Shown: one piece after another, positions 48,304-58,413 of the stretch
Position numbering within the stretch: position 1 is the stretch's first letter
Layout: each line of letters begins with the position of its first letter
NCBI GenBank assembly: GCA_965250285.1
Contig: OZ252299.1
Coordinates: 1,664,001-1,728,000 of the forward strand
Direction of reading: 5' to 3'
Length of the DNA stretch: 64,000 nt
Source: Myxococcota bacterium
Lineage (GTDB): Bacteria > Myxococcota_A > UBA9160 > UBA4427
Notes under the pieces: generated by a model
What the model saw: the letters and a program-made list of their open reading frames with translations, nothing else
What the model was told of the DNA's origin: nothing
Databases searched by the model: none
Position numbers and translations under genes: made by a program

Positions 48304-48686
48304 GCCCGACCCGAACCCGAATCGATCCCGTGACCCTCGCCGTGCGTGTTCTGGCGGCCGTGCTGCTGATCAGCGTGTGGGGGGTCGTCGTCACCCGCGA
48401 AGCGCCGGCGCAGGACGAAGCCGACCGCGACTACTGGGTGCATCGCTACGAGACGCTCCAGACCGAGGTGATGGATCTGCGCACGCGCGTCGACATGCTG
48501 ACCGAGCAGTACACCCGGGCGAAGCGACGCAACTATCCGCGCGGCGAGCGACTCGATCAGCTCCGAATGGACCTCGACGAGTCGCGGGCCGAGCTGGCGA
48601 AGAAGGAAGCCGAGTGGAAGGCGTTCCCGAACGAAGCGCGGCGTGCCGGTGCGATGCCGGGATGGTTCCGAGACGTCCAGCCCTAG
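48300..48686 (+). CDS. Hypothetical exported coiled-coil protein
   Basis: GGAGGAG SD, ATGA overlap, signal/TM; ends ARRAGAMPGWFR. Confidence 0.72.
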   Translation: MSPTRTRIDPVTLAVRVLAAVLLISVWGVVVTREAPAQDEADRDYWVHRYETLQTEVMDLRTRVDMLTEQYTRAKRRNYPRGERLDQLRMDLDESRAELAKKEAEWKAFPNEARRAGAMPGWFRDVQP

Positions 48687-48996
48687 CCGCTGCGCTCGAC
48701 GTCGGCGGGACCGACGTGCGGGCGCGCCCCCGGCCGATTCGCCGGGGCCGATCTCGCCAGGGCCTGCTCGCCCTCGCTCGACCGAACCGATCGCTCGGTG
48801 CGCGCCCCATGGAGGCGCCGTTCGGTCGGTGCTCGCATCGAGCACCGGGGACACCCGCATCGTTTGTCCCGGGCACTCCAAACCGTGATCCCAAGAACAC
48901 GGCGAGGAGATCATTCCCTCCGCGCCCCGCCGAAGACCGGGGAACCGGACGTCGGCGAGGCACGCAGGGCGTTACGAACCTGCTCCGCGACCTGGA

Positions 48997-49584
48997 CTAG
49001 CGGAGCACATCCTCTTCGGCCTGACCGGTGGCAGTCGAGCCCGCCCAGCTGCGCTGGTTGAGCTGTCCCTTGTTCACGTAGACGACCTTGCCGTCCTGCT
49101 TCACGACCGTGATGGTGCGGGTCGCGAGGCTGTTCTCAGGACGAACACGGACCGTCTTCATGACCATGGGGCCACCTTCAGCCCCGGCGCCGGTCGCGGG
49201 GAGCTGCACACGCGTGCCGCCCCCGTAGCGTCCGTTGCCAACGCTGATCGCACGCCCGTCGAACCCGGTTGCCCGAGCCGTCTGGGCGTCAGCCGAGGGA
49301 CCCGAAACCGGGTCCTGGAGCGAGGTCTTCTGCTCCGCAAGAAGATCGGTCTTGCCCGAAGGCGTGAACCGGGGGTAGCCCGCAAGCTTCCCCATCTCCT
49401 TGGTCTTGGCCGACAGTCGATACTTCGCGGGAATGCGCTTGCGCTCGTCGGTGAACGAGAGCGTGCCTTCATCGGTCTCCCAGGTGTAGACCGTGTCGGC
49501 GATGCTCGGGCTCGCGAGCCCGAAGCAAAGCAGCGCACCCAGCACGAAGCTCGGCCAGCGGCCTTGCCTGCCGAACAACAGCAT
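48997..49584 (-). CDS. DUF4124-like exported protein
   Basis: Signal ...SIA, then VYTWETDEGTLSFTD...IPAKYR; GAGGAGG SD. Confidence 0.75.
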   Translation of the reverse strand: MLLFGRQGRWPSFVLGALLCFGLASPSIADTVYTWETDEGTLSFTDERKRIPAKYRLSAKTKEMGKLAGYPRFTPSGKTDLLAEQKTSLQDPVSGPSADAQTARATGFDGRAISVGNGRYGGGTRVQLPATGAGAEGGPMVMKTVRVRPENSLATRTITVVKQDGKVVYVNKGQLNQRSWAGSTATGQAEEDVLR

Positions 49585-49774
49585 GTCGTGCCTCCTCTGC
49601 ACATGATGTGGTGCGAAGACCCCGAAAAGCGCATGCTGCCGGTGGGCTGCACGTGCAGCTCGCGCCGGACCGGGTCGCTGCGACTCGCGATTCGCGGCGC
49701 CCGGCGGCTCGCAATTTCTTGCACCCCCTGCGGCCGTGAGCGGCGCGGAGACGCGCGCTCGGTAGACTCGCGGA

Positions 49775-50284
49775 ATGCTTAGAACGACGTTCCGACGCAT
49801 CGCCCGAAGGCCGCTCGGCGCGCTGGGCGCCTCGTTCGCGATCGCCCTCGCCTCAGGGTGCGGCTCGGGTGACGAGACCGAGCCCGCGACCGCCGCCACG
49901 GCCTCGCCCGAGACCGCGGCGCCGACCGAAGCCGCCGACGCAACGCAAGACGGCCTGTTGCCGACCGAGGCCGGCCGCTACCGCGTGGGGCTGCGACCGC
50001 GGGGCGGCGACGCGCCCATCGGGGCGCTGCACGAGTGGGTGGTCACGGTCGAGCGCGCCGACGGCACCCCGTTCACGCCCCAGCGCATCCTCGTCGACGG
50101 CGGCATGCCCCAGCACGGCCACGGCTTCATCACGCAGCCGCGCGTGACCCGCGCGCTGTCGCCCAACTCGTTCCTGATCGAGGGGATGAAGTTCCACATG
50201 GGGGGCGACTGGGTGCTGCGCGTCGACCTCGTCGGCGAAGACGGACCCGACACGGTCACGATGGACGTGCACGTCGCGCCCTGA
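49775..50284 (+). CDS. FixH/YtkA-like lipoprotein
   Basis: Lipobox ASGC; DGGMPQHGHG, GMKFHMGGDW. Confidence 0.75.
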   Translation: MLRTTFRRIARRPLGALGASFAIALASGCGSGDETEPATAATASPETAAPTEAADATQDGLLPTEAGRYRVGLRPRGGDAPIGALHEWVVTVERADGTPFTPQRILVDGGMPQHGHGFITQPRVTRALSPNSFLIEGMKFHMGGDWVLRVDLVGEDGPDTVTMDVHVAP

Positions 50285-50454
50285 GCGGGCCGTTTCAGGC
50301 CCGGCGGAACGCCCCCCCGCCCGCCCGCCGCGCGCATCACCTCCCGGCCTCCGGGGGCCACACACCCGGGACGCGACGTGTGCCGCGAAGAGGCCGGCTC
50401 GCGGCTTCGGCTACCTTCGCGCGGTCCGTTCGCTGCGCGGGAGACCCACTCACC

Positions 50455-51375
50455 ATGGACGCCTTGAACGCCCTCTCCGTCGACCTCGAGGAGTACTTCC
50501 AGGTCTCGAACTTTGACGGCGTGATCCCGCGTGACAGCTGGGACGGTCTCGATTCGCGCGTCGGCGACGCGACCCGCCGGCTGCTCGACCTCTTCGAGCG
50601 CACCGGCAGTCGATCGACGTTCTTCGTGCTCGGGTGGGTGGCCGAACGACAGCCGGCGCTGGTGCGCGAGGTGGCCGACCGCGGCCACGAGATCGCGTGC
50701 CACGGCTACGGTCACGAGCTGGTGTACGAGATCGGTCCCGAGCGCTTTCGCGAGGACCTGACGCGCGCGCGCCAGGCGATCGAAGACGCGGTGGGCGCGC
50801 CGGTGCGCGGCTATCGCGCGCCCAGCTACTCGATCACGCACCGCTCGCTGTGGGCGCTCGAGACGCTGGCCGAGCTCGGCTTTGAGTACGACTCGTCGAT
50901 CTTCCCGATCCGGCATCACCGCTATGGCATCCCCGAGTTCGAGCGCGTGCCGGTGCGCGTGCGCCTGCCGAGCGGTGCTCGCATCACCGAGTTTCCGCTC
51001 TCCACCCTGCGCATGTTCGGCGGCAACTTCCCGATTGCCGGCGGTGCGTATCTGCGCTTCCTGCCCGGCCTGCTCTTTCGCATGGGCTTCGGGCAGCTGA
51101 TCCGCGCGGGCCAGCCGACGGTGCTCTATCTGCATCCGTGGGAGATCGACGCGGGGCAGCCGGTGCAGGACGTCTCGCGCAAGGTCCGCATCAACCACTA
51201 CTACAACCTTGCGCGGATGGAGTCGAAGCTCGCGGCGCTGGTCGAGCGCCATCCGTTCACGTCGCTGCACGCTGTGCTCGAAGGTCTCGAGGCGGCGGGG
51301 CGATTGCCCGAGCGGCCGCTCGAGGCGATGGTGGGTGGGCTGGGCGAAGCCGAGATCCATCAGTCGGCCGCGTGA
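50455..51375 (+). CDS. Polysaccharide deacetylase, PEP-CTERM locus subfamily (DUF3473)
   Basis: SVDLEEYFQV, TFFVLGWVAE, HEIACHG..H, GYRAPSYS, YDSSIFP, YLHPWEID. Confidence 0.92.
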   Translation: MDALNALSVDLEEYFQVSNFDGVIPRDSWDGLDSRVGDATRRLLDLFERTGSRSTFFVLGWVAERQPALVREVADRGHEIACHGYGHELVYEIGPERFREDLTRARQAIEDAVGAPVRGYRAPSYSITHRSLWALETLAELGFEYDSSIFPIRHHRYGIPEFERVPVRVRLPSGARITEFPLSTLRMFGGNFPIAGGAYLRFLPGLLFRMGFGQLIRAGQPTVLYLHPWEIDAGQPVQDVSRKVRINHYYNLARMESKLAALVERHPFTSLHAVLEGLEAAGRLPERPLEAMVGGLGEAEIHQSAA

Positions 51376-51444
51376 CTGCGAAGCCGTCGGTTTCGCCGGG
51401 GAGCGCGGTCGCGTCGGTTGCGTGCTGCGCTTGATGGGTCGGCG

Positions 51445-52659
51445 ATGAAGTCGCCGCGTCACTGGCTCGTGTGCGTGTTCGTGATCTATGGGCTCGCGCT
51501 GCTTGCAGGCGTGCTGTCGCCCCAGCCGATCCCGCCCGACATCGGCGACCGGCCCTTCCTCGCGGCCGGTTGGCTCGCCGACGCCATTCGAAATGTCGTG
51601 CTCTTCGCTCCGCTGGGTTGGGTGCTGCGCCTGGTCGGGGTCGGAGGGACGGGGATTGCCCTCGTGGCCGTGGCGCTATCGGGCTCGATCGAGCTGGCAC
51701 AGGGCTGGATCCCCGGTCGATTCACTTCGGCGCTCGACATCGTGAGCAACGCCGCGGGAGCGTGGGTCGGCGGCTGGGTGCCCGCGATCTCGGCGCGGTT
51801 GCGTCGGGAAGCGGACGTCCACGCGGGGCGACTCGCCGCGTCGTGCGCCCTCGCCTCGGCGACGGTGCTCGTGCTCTGCGCGATCCTCGCAGCGCCGTCC
51901 CTGCCATCCAGCCGCTACTACGGCGGCTGGACCCCGCGGTACGCGGGGCTCGAGGTGTATCGCGGCGAGGTCTGGAGTGCCGACGTCGGGGGCCAACCCA
52001 TCCCCCCCTTCGGCCCGGTCACGGAGACCGAAGCCCTGCGCGAGGCCCTCGAGCGGGGCGCTCCGATCTCGATGACCTTTCGCGTTGGTCCACCCACCGC
52101 GGGCCTGGCGCCCGTGCTCAGCATCGTGGACGACCGCCAGCAAGAGATCGCCCTGATCGGCATCGATGGCGACACCCTCGTGTATCACTTGAGAAGCCGG
52201 GCGGCCCCAGCGGGCTTGCACTCGCCGATGGCCCGTGTCCCCGGCGCGTTCGCTCTCGAGGACGCAGGGGCGATCCGATCGCTGCGCGTGGACCGGACCG
52301 GCGCCGGGTCGATCGTACGCCTCGACGGCCAGGCGGCCGTCCCGGTCGATCTGCCGATATCGCGCGGCTGGGCCTTCCTCGTCTGGCCGGGCTCGGTGCC
52401 ATCGGCCCTGACGCCGCTCCTCGATGCGCTGTGGCTGGCCGGCTTGCTCTGCCCGGTCGCCTGGTTGGCCGTTCGTCGCCCGATCGCGTGGACCGCAGTG
52501 GCGGGCCTCGCCGTGCTGCTCCTGACGCTGCCCGAGATCTCCGGGTTGGCCGGCCTCACGGTCGTGCAGTGGGGATGGTCGGCGGTGGCGGTCGCCGCCG
52601 CGGCGCTGGCTTCTCGCGCCGCCCAGGGAACGCCTCACAGCCCCGATCCGACGACTTGA
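51445..52659 (+). CDS. VanZ-domain membrane protein
   Basis: NVVLFAPLG, SIELAQ...PGR...DIVSN; extra soluble domain and C-terminal TMs. Confidence 0.78.
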   Translation: MKSPRHWLVCVFVIYGLALLAGVLSPQPIPPDIGDRPFLAAGWLADAIRNVVLFAPLGWVLRLVGVGGTGIALVAVALSGSIELAQGWIPGRFTSALDIVSNAAGAWVGGWVPAISARLRREADVHAGRLAASCALASATVLVLCAILAAPSLPSSRYYGGWTPRYAGLEVYRGEVWSADVGGQPIPPFGPVTETEALREALERGAPISMTFRVGPPTAGLAPVLSIVDDRQQEIALIGIDGDTLVYHLRSRAAPAGLHSPMARVPGAFALEDAGAIRSLRVDRTGAGSIVRLDGQAAVPVDLPISRGWAFLVWPGSVPSALTPLLDALWLAGLLCPVAWLAVRRPIAWTAVAGLAVLLLTLPEISGLAGLTVVQWGWSAVAVAAAALASRAAQGTPHSPDPTT

Positions 52660-52666
52660 GAAGCTG

Positions 52667-53734
52667 CTAGGAGCGCGAGCCCGCGAGTGCTGCGCGGTAG
52701 ACCGCGAGTGTTTCGCGCGCCGTGGTCGCCACGTCGAAGGCTTCGACGAAGCGGCGGCGTGCCGCCCACGCCGTGTCCTCGGCGGCTTCGTCGCCGAGCC
52801 AGGTCGCGAGACGACGGCCCCATGCGTCCGGCGACGCATGGCTGTCCAGGCGAAGCCCGGCGTCGGGACCCACCGCATCGCCAATGCCTTCGGCCGTGTA
52901 GGCGACGGGCGTACCGAGCGCGAGCGCTTCGAGCACGCTCATCGGATGGCCCTCGTGCGCGCTTGTGGAGATCAGTCCGCGCCACTGGGCGACCAGCGGC
53001 AGCGGGTCATCGACGTGTCCGCGCAGATGCACGCGGTCCCCGAGGCCCAGCTCGGCGACTCGCGTTTCGACTCGACCACGCAGCTCGCCGTCGCCGACGA
53101 TCTCGAGCTCGAAGTCGGGGCACGCGGTCATCGCCTCGACGGCGAGCAAGGGCCGCTTGACCGGCGCAAGTCGGCCGAGGAACCCGATCCGCCTCGGGCG
53201 AGCAGACCAGACCGGCGGCTGGATACGGTCCGTCGGATCGGCGATGCCGTTGGCCACGGTGACGACGCGTCGCGAGCCGACACGCGTCGCGAGCCACTGC
53301 GACACCTCGGCCGAGACCCCGATCACCTGTCGCGCCGAGATGCGCTTGACCACGAGATCCAGCCCGCCCGTCAGCGCCGCGCGGATTCGCGCAGCGCCGT
53401 CGAACGGTTCCGGGCGGCCATGCTGCGTCGCCACCCACGGGCGACCCGAGAGCGCGGCGAGCACGTCTTCCTTGTAGCGGTGGGCGTGGATCACGTCGCA
53501 GCCCCGCACTCGTTCGCGAATGGCGCGCGCCAGCGACCCGAAGGACCGCCCGCCTTCGGCCTCGATCTCGACCCGGATGCCCGCCTCGCTCAGGCGATCG
53601 GCCAGCGCGCCCGCGTTCAGGACGATGGCCGACGCGGACAGGCCCTCGACCTGCTGCTGCGCCCGCAGCAGCTCGAACGTCGCCACCTCGGCTCCGGCCC
53701 AGAGGTCTCCCGACGCGAGATGCACCACCTTCAC
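52667..53734 (-). CDS. Glycosyltransferase family 4
   Basis: WAGAE, HAH, GRLAPVK, EGHPMSVLEA. Confidence 0.88.
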   Translation of the reverse strand: MKVVHLASGDLWAGAEVATFELLRAQQQVEGLSASAIVLNAGALADRLSEAGIRVEIEAEGGRSFGSLARAIRERVRGCDVIHAHRYKEDVLAALSGRPWVATQHGRPEPFDGAARIRAALTGGLDLVVKRISARQVIGVSAEVSQWLATRVGSRRVVTVANGIADPTDRIQPPVWSARPRRIGFLGRLAPVKRPLLAVEAMTACPDFELEIVGDGELRGRVETRVAELGLGDRVHLRGHVDDPLPLVAQWRGLISTSAHEGHPMSVLEALALGTPVAYTAEGIGDAVGPDAGLRLDSHASPDAWGRRLATWLGDEAAEDTAWAARRRFVEAFDVATTARETLAVYRAALAGSRS

Positions 53735-54795
53735 GGGCTCGTCTCCCGCCCGCCCACCGGGATCACGCCCGCGCGGGCGAGCGAGGCCCAGATGAAATCG
53801 GCCATCTGCGCCTGGCCGCGATGATTCAGGTGCATCGTGTCCCAGAACCACGGGGTCGGATTGGGCAGTGCGTCGACAGACGCGGCGAGATCTGCGACTT
53901 CGACCCCCTCTTCTGCGCCCACGCGCCGGATGACGCGATTGTATGCAGCGATGAGATCGAGGAAGTCGCCCACCCGGTCGCCGCCGCCGAAGAACGGGAA
54001 GAAGATGCCCCGATCTCGGATCAGCTCGGCGCTCATGCCCTCGCGCAGCGGCGTTCCGAGGGTCACGAGGACCGGCCGCGCGCCCTGCCCGCGCACCTCA
54101 GCCACGAGCTCACGGAGGTGTGCCTCGAACCGCTGGGGCACGAAGGTCTCGAACCGTCCCGTCCGGCTGTCTGTCCCCACGTCGGGGTCGGAGATCCAGC
54201 CGCGGGCGTGATGGAAGACGAGCTTTCGCCCGCCTCGAACGAGCCACAGGCTGTCGAGCCAAGAGACGAGGCCTGCGCCCAGTGAGCCCCCCTGCTGCGT
54301 GAGGGGGGCCGTCTTCATCAAGTCGTTCCAGCCGATGTAGACGATGACGAGGTCGGGTTCGAGCGGCGCAACGACCGATACGTAGCGACGGAGGGCATCT
54401 CCCGAGTCTGCGCCGGCGACGCCCGCGTTGAGCACCTCGAATCGCTGACGCGATGGGTCGAGCCGCGTCTGGAGTTGGGCCGGCCACGTACGGTCCTCTC
54501 TGTCGGCCCCGAACGTGACGGAGTCACCGACGGCGACGACGCGGACACGTGCATCCGAAGGGGGGGCCAGTGGCGGCCCCCGCAATCCGACCTCGTTGAT
54601 GCGGAACGCTCCTCCGGCCGACGACGGATACGTGCCCGGCACGAGCCGATACGTCTCGGTCTCCGGGTCGAAGGCTTCGAACTCGACGCGATGGTGATGG
54701 GCCCAGATCCGCAGGGCCGTCTCGGCCACGACCAGGAGCATGGCGCAGAGGCCGAACCCGAGCGCGACCCATGCGAGCCGGGGCCGACCCTGCAC
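53731..54795 (-). CDS. Membrane-anchored SGNH/GDSL protein
   Basis: TM ending E..LR; GDSVTFG, NAGVAG, GWND, DTMH. Confidence 0.85.
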   Translation of the reverse strand: MQGRPRLAWVALGFGLCAMLLVVAETALRIWAHHHRVEFEAFDPETETYRLVPGTYPSSAGGAFRINEVGLRGPPLAPPSDARVRVVAVGDSVTFGADREDRTWPAQLQTRLDPSRQRFEVLNAGVAGADSGDALRRYVSVVAPLEPDLVIVYIGWNDLMKTAPLTQQGGSLGAGLVSWLDSLWLVRGGRKLVFHHARGWISDPDVGTDSRTGRFETFVPQRFEAHLRELVAEVRGQGARPVLVTLGTPLREGMSAELIRDRGIFFPFFGGGDRVGDFLDLIAAYNRVIRRVGAEEGVEVADLAASVDALPNPTPWFWDTMHLNHRGQAQMADFIWASLARAGVIPVGGRETSP

Positions 54796-56027
54796 TAGCC
54801 GTCCTGCTGGCCGTGCGCGGGCGGGTCCGCCGGCCGATCGGCGTGGGAACGACGCTCTGTGCGAATCCACGCGTTGCGGCGAAACCCGACGACGGCGAGT
54901 AGATCGATGCCCGCCTTCCAGACCAGAAAGACGGGCGCGAACGCCAGTGATGCGAAGGTCTCGATGCCGGCGCCCATCATGCGCATGGCCACCGCGACCT
55001 CGGCCACCTGATAGGCGAGCGCACCGCCGACCACCACCAGGGGCCAGATCGATGCGGGGACCGCGCACGCTGCGACGACGAGCGCGACCGCCGTCCAGTT
55101 CAGCAGCTTCGAGTACGAGGGCATCAGCAGGTCGAGACCCACCTCGATCTCAGGGAGTGAACCCTGCCGCAGCCCGCGGGCCATCGATGCGCGCGCCCGA
55201 GCGTTCAGCGCGCGACGCCCCGTCGCCCAGCGCTGCCGCTGCGTCGACCCCTGCTGAAGGCTGGTCGCCTCCTGGGCATGCGCGATCGCATCCTCGACGA
55301 ATCGAATCTGTTCGCCCGCTTCGATCAGCTGGAAGGACTGTTCCAGATCCTCGCCGATCGACTTCGCCTGCCAGCCAGATTCGGCGAGGACCTCTGTTCG
55401 GAACGCCATGCCGGTCCCCATCAGCAGCACCGACAGGCCGAGTCGTCCCTTGCCCGCATTGAAGAGCAGGTTCTTCATGACATAGGTCGACGCGAGCAGT
55501 CGGGTCATGACCGAGTCGTCGGGGTTCGCGATGCCGTAGTAGCCCTGCAGGCACCGGTGGCCGGCGAGCAGCTCGCGATTCATCGCGCGAAAGAACTCGG
55601 GCTCGACGAGGATATCTGCATCGAACAGCACGACCGCATCGGCCTGCGAGAGATCCAGGCGACCGAGCATCCAATCGATCGCCTGCCCTTTGCCCGGGTT
55701 GTCGGGCTCGCAGCGTTCGTGCGCCTGCTCGCCCAGTGCCCGCACGCGAGCCGCCGTTTCGTCGCTGCAGTTGTCGGCGATCACGTGGATCGCGATGCGG
55801 TCCTGCGGATAGTCCGCCGCCCGGATGGTGCGGATCACCGCATCGATCAGCAGCTCTTCGTCATGCGCCGGGATCAGGACCGCGAAGCGCACGGCGTCCG
55901 CGCCCGCCGCCGGGGGAGCGGGCGAACGCGGCGTGAGCAGGAAGGCCGCAGCGAATAGCGCGCGGTACGCGGCAGCGAGTGCGACCACGATGGCCAGGGT
56001 CCAAGCCAGCACGAGGAGCAGGGTCAT
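54795..56027 (-). CDS. Glycosyltransferase family 2 (cellulose-synthase-like motifs)
   Basis: IPAHDE, ADNCSD, GKG, FDAD, GED, QRQRW. Confidence 0.9.
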   Translation of the reverse strand: MTLLLVLAWTLAIVVALAAAYRALFAAAFLLTPRSPAPPAAGADAVRFAVLIPAHDEELLIDAVIRTIRAADYPQDRIAIHVIADNCSDETAARVRALGEQAHERCEPDNPGKGQAIDWMLGRLDLSQADAVVLFDADILVEPEFFRAMNRELLAGHRCLQGYYGIANPDDSVMTRLLASTYVMKNLLFNAGKGRLGLSVLLMGTGMAFRTEVLAESGWQAKSIGEDLEQSFQLIEAGEQIRFVEDAIAHAQEATSLQQGSTQRQRWATGRRALNARARASMARGLRQGSLPEIEVGLDLLMPSYSKLLNWTAVALVVAACAVPASIWPLVVVGGALAYQVAEVAVAMRMMGAGIETFASLAFAPVFLVWKAGIDLLAVVGFRRNAWIRTERRSHADRPADPPAHGQQDG

Positions 56028-57160
56028 CTGGTGCTCCCGTTCGCCACCGCAGTCGGCTTCGGCAGGAGCTCTGCTTCGTCGAGGGCCTTCGCCACGGTCT
56101 CCGCGGCGAGGGCGTGACCGGCCTCGTTCCAGTGCCCATCCACGGCCAGGTAGAAGGGGCCCTGCCCTGCCGCTTCGGCCTGCGCAAAGGCCGGCATCAG
56201 ATCGACCACGAGGAGGTCGCGCCGGTTGCCCCACGCCTGCATGCGCCGCTGCGGGGCCGGCAAGTCAATGCTCACCTCGCCGAGCCCGTCGAGCAGGTCT
56301 CGGCGATGTGTGGGCTCGACCTGCATTCGTAGGGGAACCAGGAAGACGACCAGTTGCGCGCCATCGGCGCGCACATCCTCTGCAAACTCGTCGAGGAGAA
56401 GCTCGGTCATCTCCCAACCACGCTCGACCTTGGGCGATGTGGGCTGTCGCACGAGCTCGAGCATGTCGCGCTGGAGCTGGGCGCCGGCCTCGGCCACCGA
56501 CGGCGCGCGCAGGGTGCCCGTCGCGAGGCGATAGAGGTGCGATCGCCCGGCGAACCACTCCTGGAGCTTGATGCGGGCGTACTCCAGGACGGGCATCTCT
56601 TCGCGCGGCCGTTCGATCAGTTGGCCGCCGTCGAGCACCGTGAACTCCATGGCGAGGTTGTCGAAGAGATCGTTGTGGAGCGTCATGCCGACGAGAACGA
56701 GGTCAGGCGCCCAATCGCGGGCGTAGCGCCGGTAATAGGTGCGCTGGTCGTCGGTGCCCCAGCCGCTGACCGATGCGTTGATGATTTCGACGTCGCTCAC
56801 CTCGCCTCGGGCCCGGCTGCTTTCCAGTGCGGTCTCGACGAGGTGCGCCATGCTGTCGCGCCACTCGACCTGGGCCGCCTCCATGAACGAGTCCCCCATC
56901 AGCAGGATTCGGAACGTCCCCGGCGGCTTCTCCACCGCATGCTCATCATCGCGCATGCCGACCGAGTTCGTATCCATGCGCTTGCCCTGGGGCGTGACGA
57001 AGCCTTCGACGTTCGCGCGATGGATGACGATGCCGTCGCGCGTGTGAGACCAGATGCTCAGGCTCTGCGGCATCACGAGTCGAATCGCCAGCTCGAGGAA
57101 GAGCAGCGACAAGACCACGCTGATCGCAAGCAGTGAGACCTTCGCGATCAAGGCCCTCAC
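56024..57160 (-). CDS. Membrane-anchored SGNH protein (AlgX/AlgJ-like)
   Basis: NSVGMRD, GDSFME, NASVSGWGT, HND, DGHWN. Confidence 0.85.
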   Translation of the reverse strand: MRALIAKVSLLAISVVLSLLFLELAIRLVMPQSLSIWSHTRDGIVIHRANVEGFVTPQGKRMDTNSVGMRDDEHAVEKPPGTFRILLMGDSFMEAAQVEWRDSMAHLVETALESSRARGEVSDVEIINASVSGWGTDDQRTYYRRYARDWAPDLVLVGMTLHNDLFDNLAMEFTVLDGGQLIERPREEMPVLEYARIKLQEWFAGRSHLYRLATGTLRAPSVAEAGAQLQRDMLELVRQPTSPKVERGWEMTELLLDEFAEDVRADGAQLVVFLVPLRMQVEPTHRRDLLDGLGEVSIDLPAPQRRMQAWGNRRDLLVVDLMPAFAQAEAAGQGPFYLAVDGHWNEAGHALAAETVAKALDEAELLPKPTAVANGSTR

Positions 57161-58413
57161 GATGCGGCCCTCGCCCCGGCCGGTCGGCGTGCAGGCAGCA
57201 GCTCGCCGTAGAGCGCTCGGTATCGATCGGCCATGGTATCGACGGAGAACTCGGCTCGCGCTCGAGACCAGGCTCGCTCGGCCAGTCGTCGGGCCAGCGC
57301 CGAATCGGCCGTGACGCGTCGCAGCGCCTCCGCGAGACGTTCGGGCGCGGCCGGAGGGACGAGCAGGCCCGACTCGCCGTCGACCACAGCCTCGGCGATA
57401 CCGCCCACGTCGGTCGCAACAACGCAACACTGGTGCGCCATTGCCTCGAGCACGGCCAGCGGGAGTCCTTCGGAGAGCGACGGCTGCACGAATACGTCGG
57501 CGGCGGACAAAATGCGTGCGATGTCGTCGCGCAGCCCGAGCAGGTGGACCCGCTCCGTGCATCCGAGCTCGTCGGCGAGTCTCCGCAGGGCGGCTTCCTC
57601 GTCGCCGCGACCCGCAATCGCGAGATGCGCGTCGGGGATCGACGCGGTCGCGCGCAGCAGCGTCGCGTGGTCCTTGACCGGGTACAGGCTCCCGACCGCC
57701 ACGAAGAGCGGTCCATCGGGCGGCAGGCCGATGTGCGCACGATCCGCTCGTTGCTGGGCTCGTCGGTCATCGGACGACGCGTGCGGCGGGACGGGTGTGC
57801 CGTTGTGAATGATGCGAACGTCTGCGCCCGAACCGCCAACGCCCGGCGAAAGCGTGTCGAGCAGGTCGCGAGAGACCGCTACGAGCTGCTGTCCGAAGCG
57901 GCCGAGCACACGATACGCGAGCAGGTGCTTCGCGCTCGTGCCCGCCACGCTGCCGTGCAAGGTGGCCACATTGGGCAGCCGGGCGGCTCGAGCCGCAGCC
58001 CCCCCGTAGACGTTCATCTCGTACTCGTGGCTGTGGAGCAGATCGATCCGTTCGCGTAGAAGACGCTTGCGAAACCGGACCACCCAGCGCGGATCAGGCC
58101 CGTTCCGCATGGGGTCGATCCAGACGGGAATGCCCGCCGCTTCGGCCCGATCGGTCATCCAGCCGGGCTGCATCGTCGCGATGGCCACCCAATCGCCCCG
58201 GGCGCGTAGCGCCTCGGCGAGCTGAACCACCATCGCTTCGGCTCCGCCGGGTCCGCTGGTCTCGAGCCCGAGGACCAGTCGAAGCGGCGTGGCCTCCACG
58301 GACTCGTCCGCCGGACCCGTCACGCGCGTCGTCCGCTGGGCGGGATCCGGGGGCACGCGGGCGCGCATCGCGTCGATCGGGGCCAGCTCACCCATCTGAG
58401 CCTTCGGGGCCAC
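57157..58413 (-). CDS. Glycosyltransferase family 4
   Basis: GGAE, IHNG, GSLYPVKDH, SLSEGLPLAVLEAMA, TDVGG; start uncertain. Confidence 0.9.
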   Translation of the reverse strand: MAPKAQMGELAPIDAMRARVPPDPAQRTTRVTGPADESVEATPLRLVLGLETSGPGGAEAMVVQLAEALRARGDWVAIATMQPGWMTDRAEAAGIPVWIDPMRNGPDPRWVVRFRKRLLRERIDLLHSHEYEMNVYGGAAARAARLPNVATLHGSVAGTSAKHLLAYRVLGRFGQQLVAVSRDLLDTLSPGVGGSGADVRIIHNGTPVPPHASSDDRRAQQRADRAHIGLPPDGPLFVAVGSLYPVKDHATLLRATASIPDAHLAIAGRGDEEAALRRLADELGCTERVHLLGLRDDIARILSAADVFVQPSLSEGLPLAVLEAMAHQCCVVATDVGGIAEAVVDGESGLLVPPAAPERLAEALRRVTADSALARRLAERAWSRARAEFSVDTMADRYRALYGELLPARRPAGARAAS

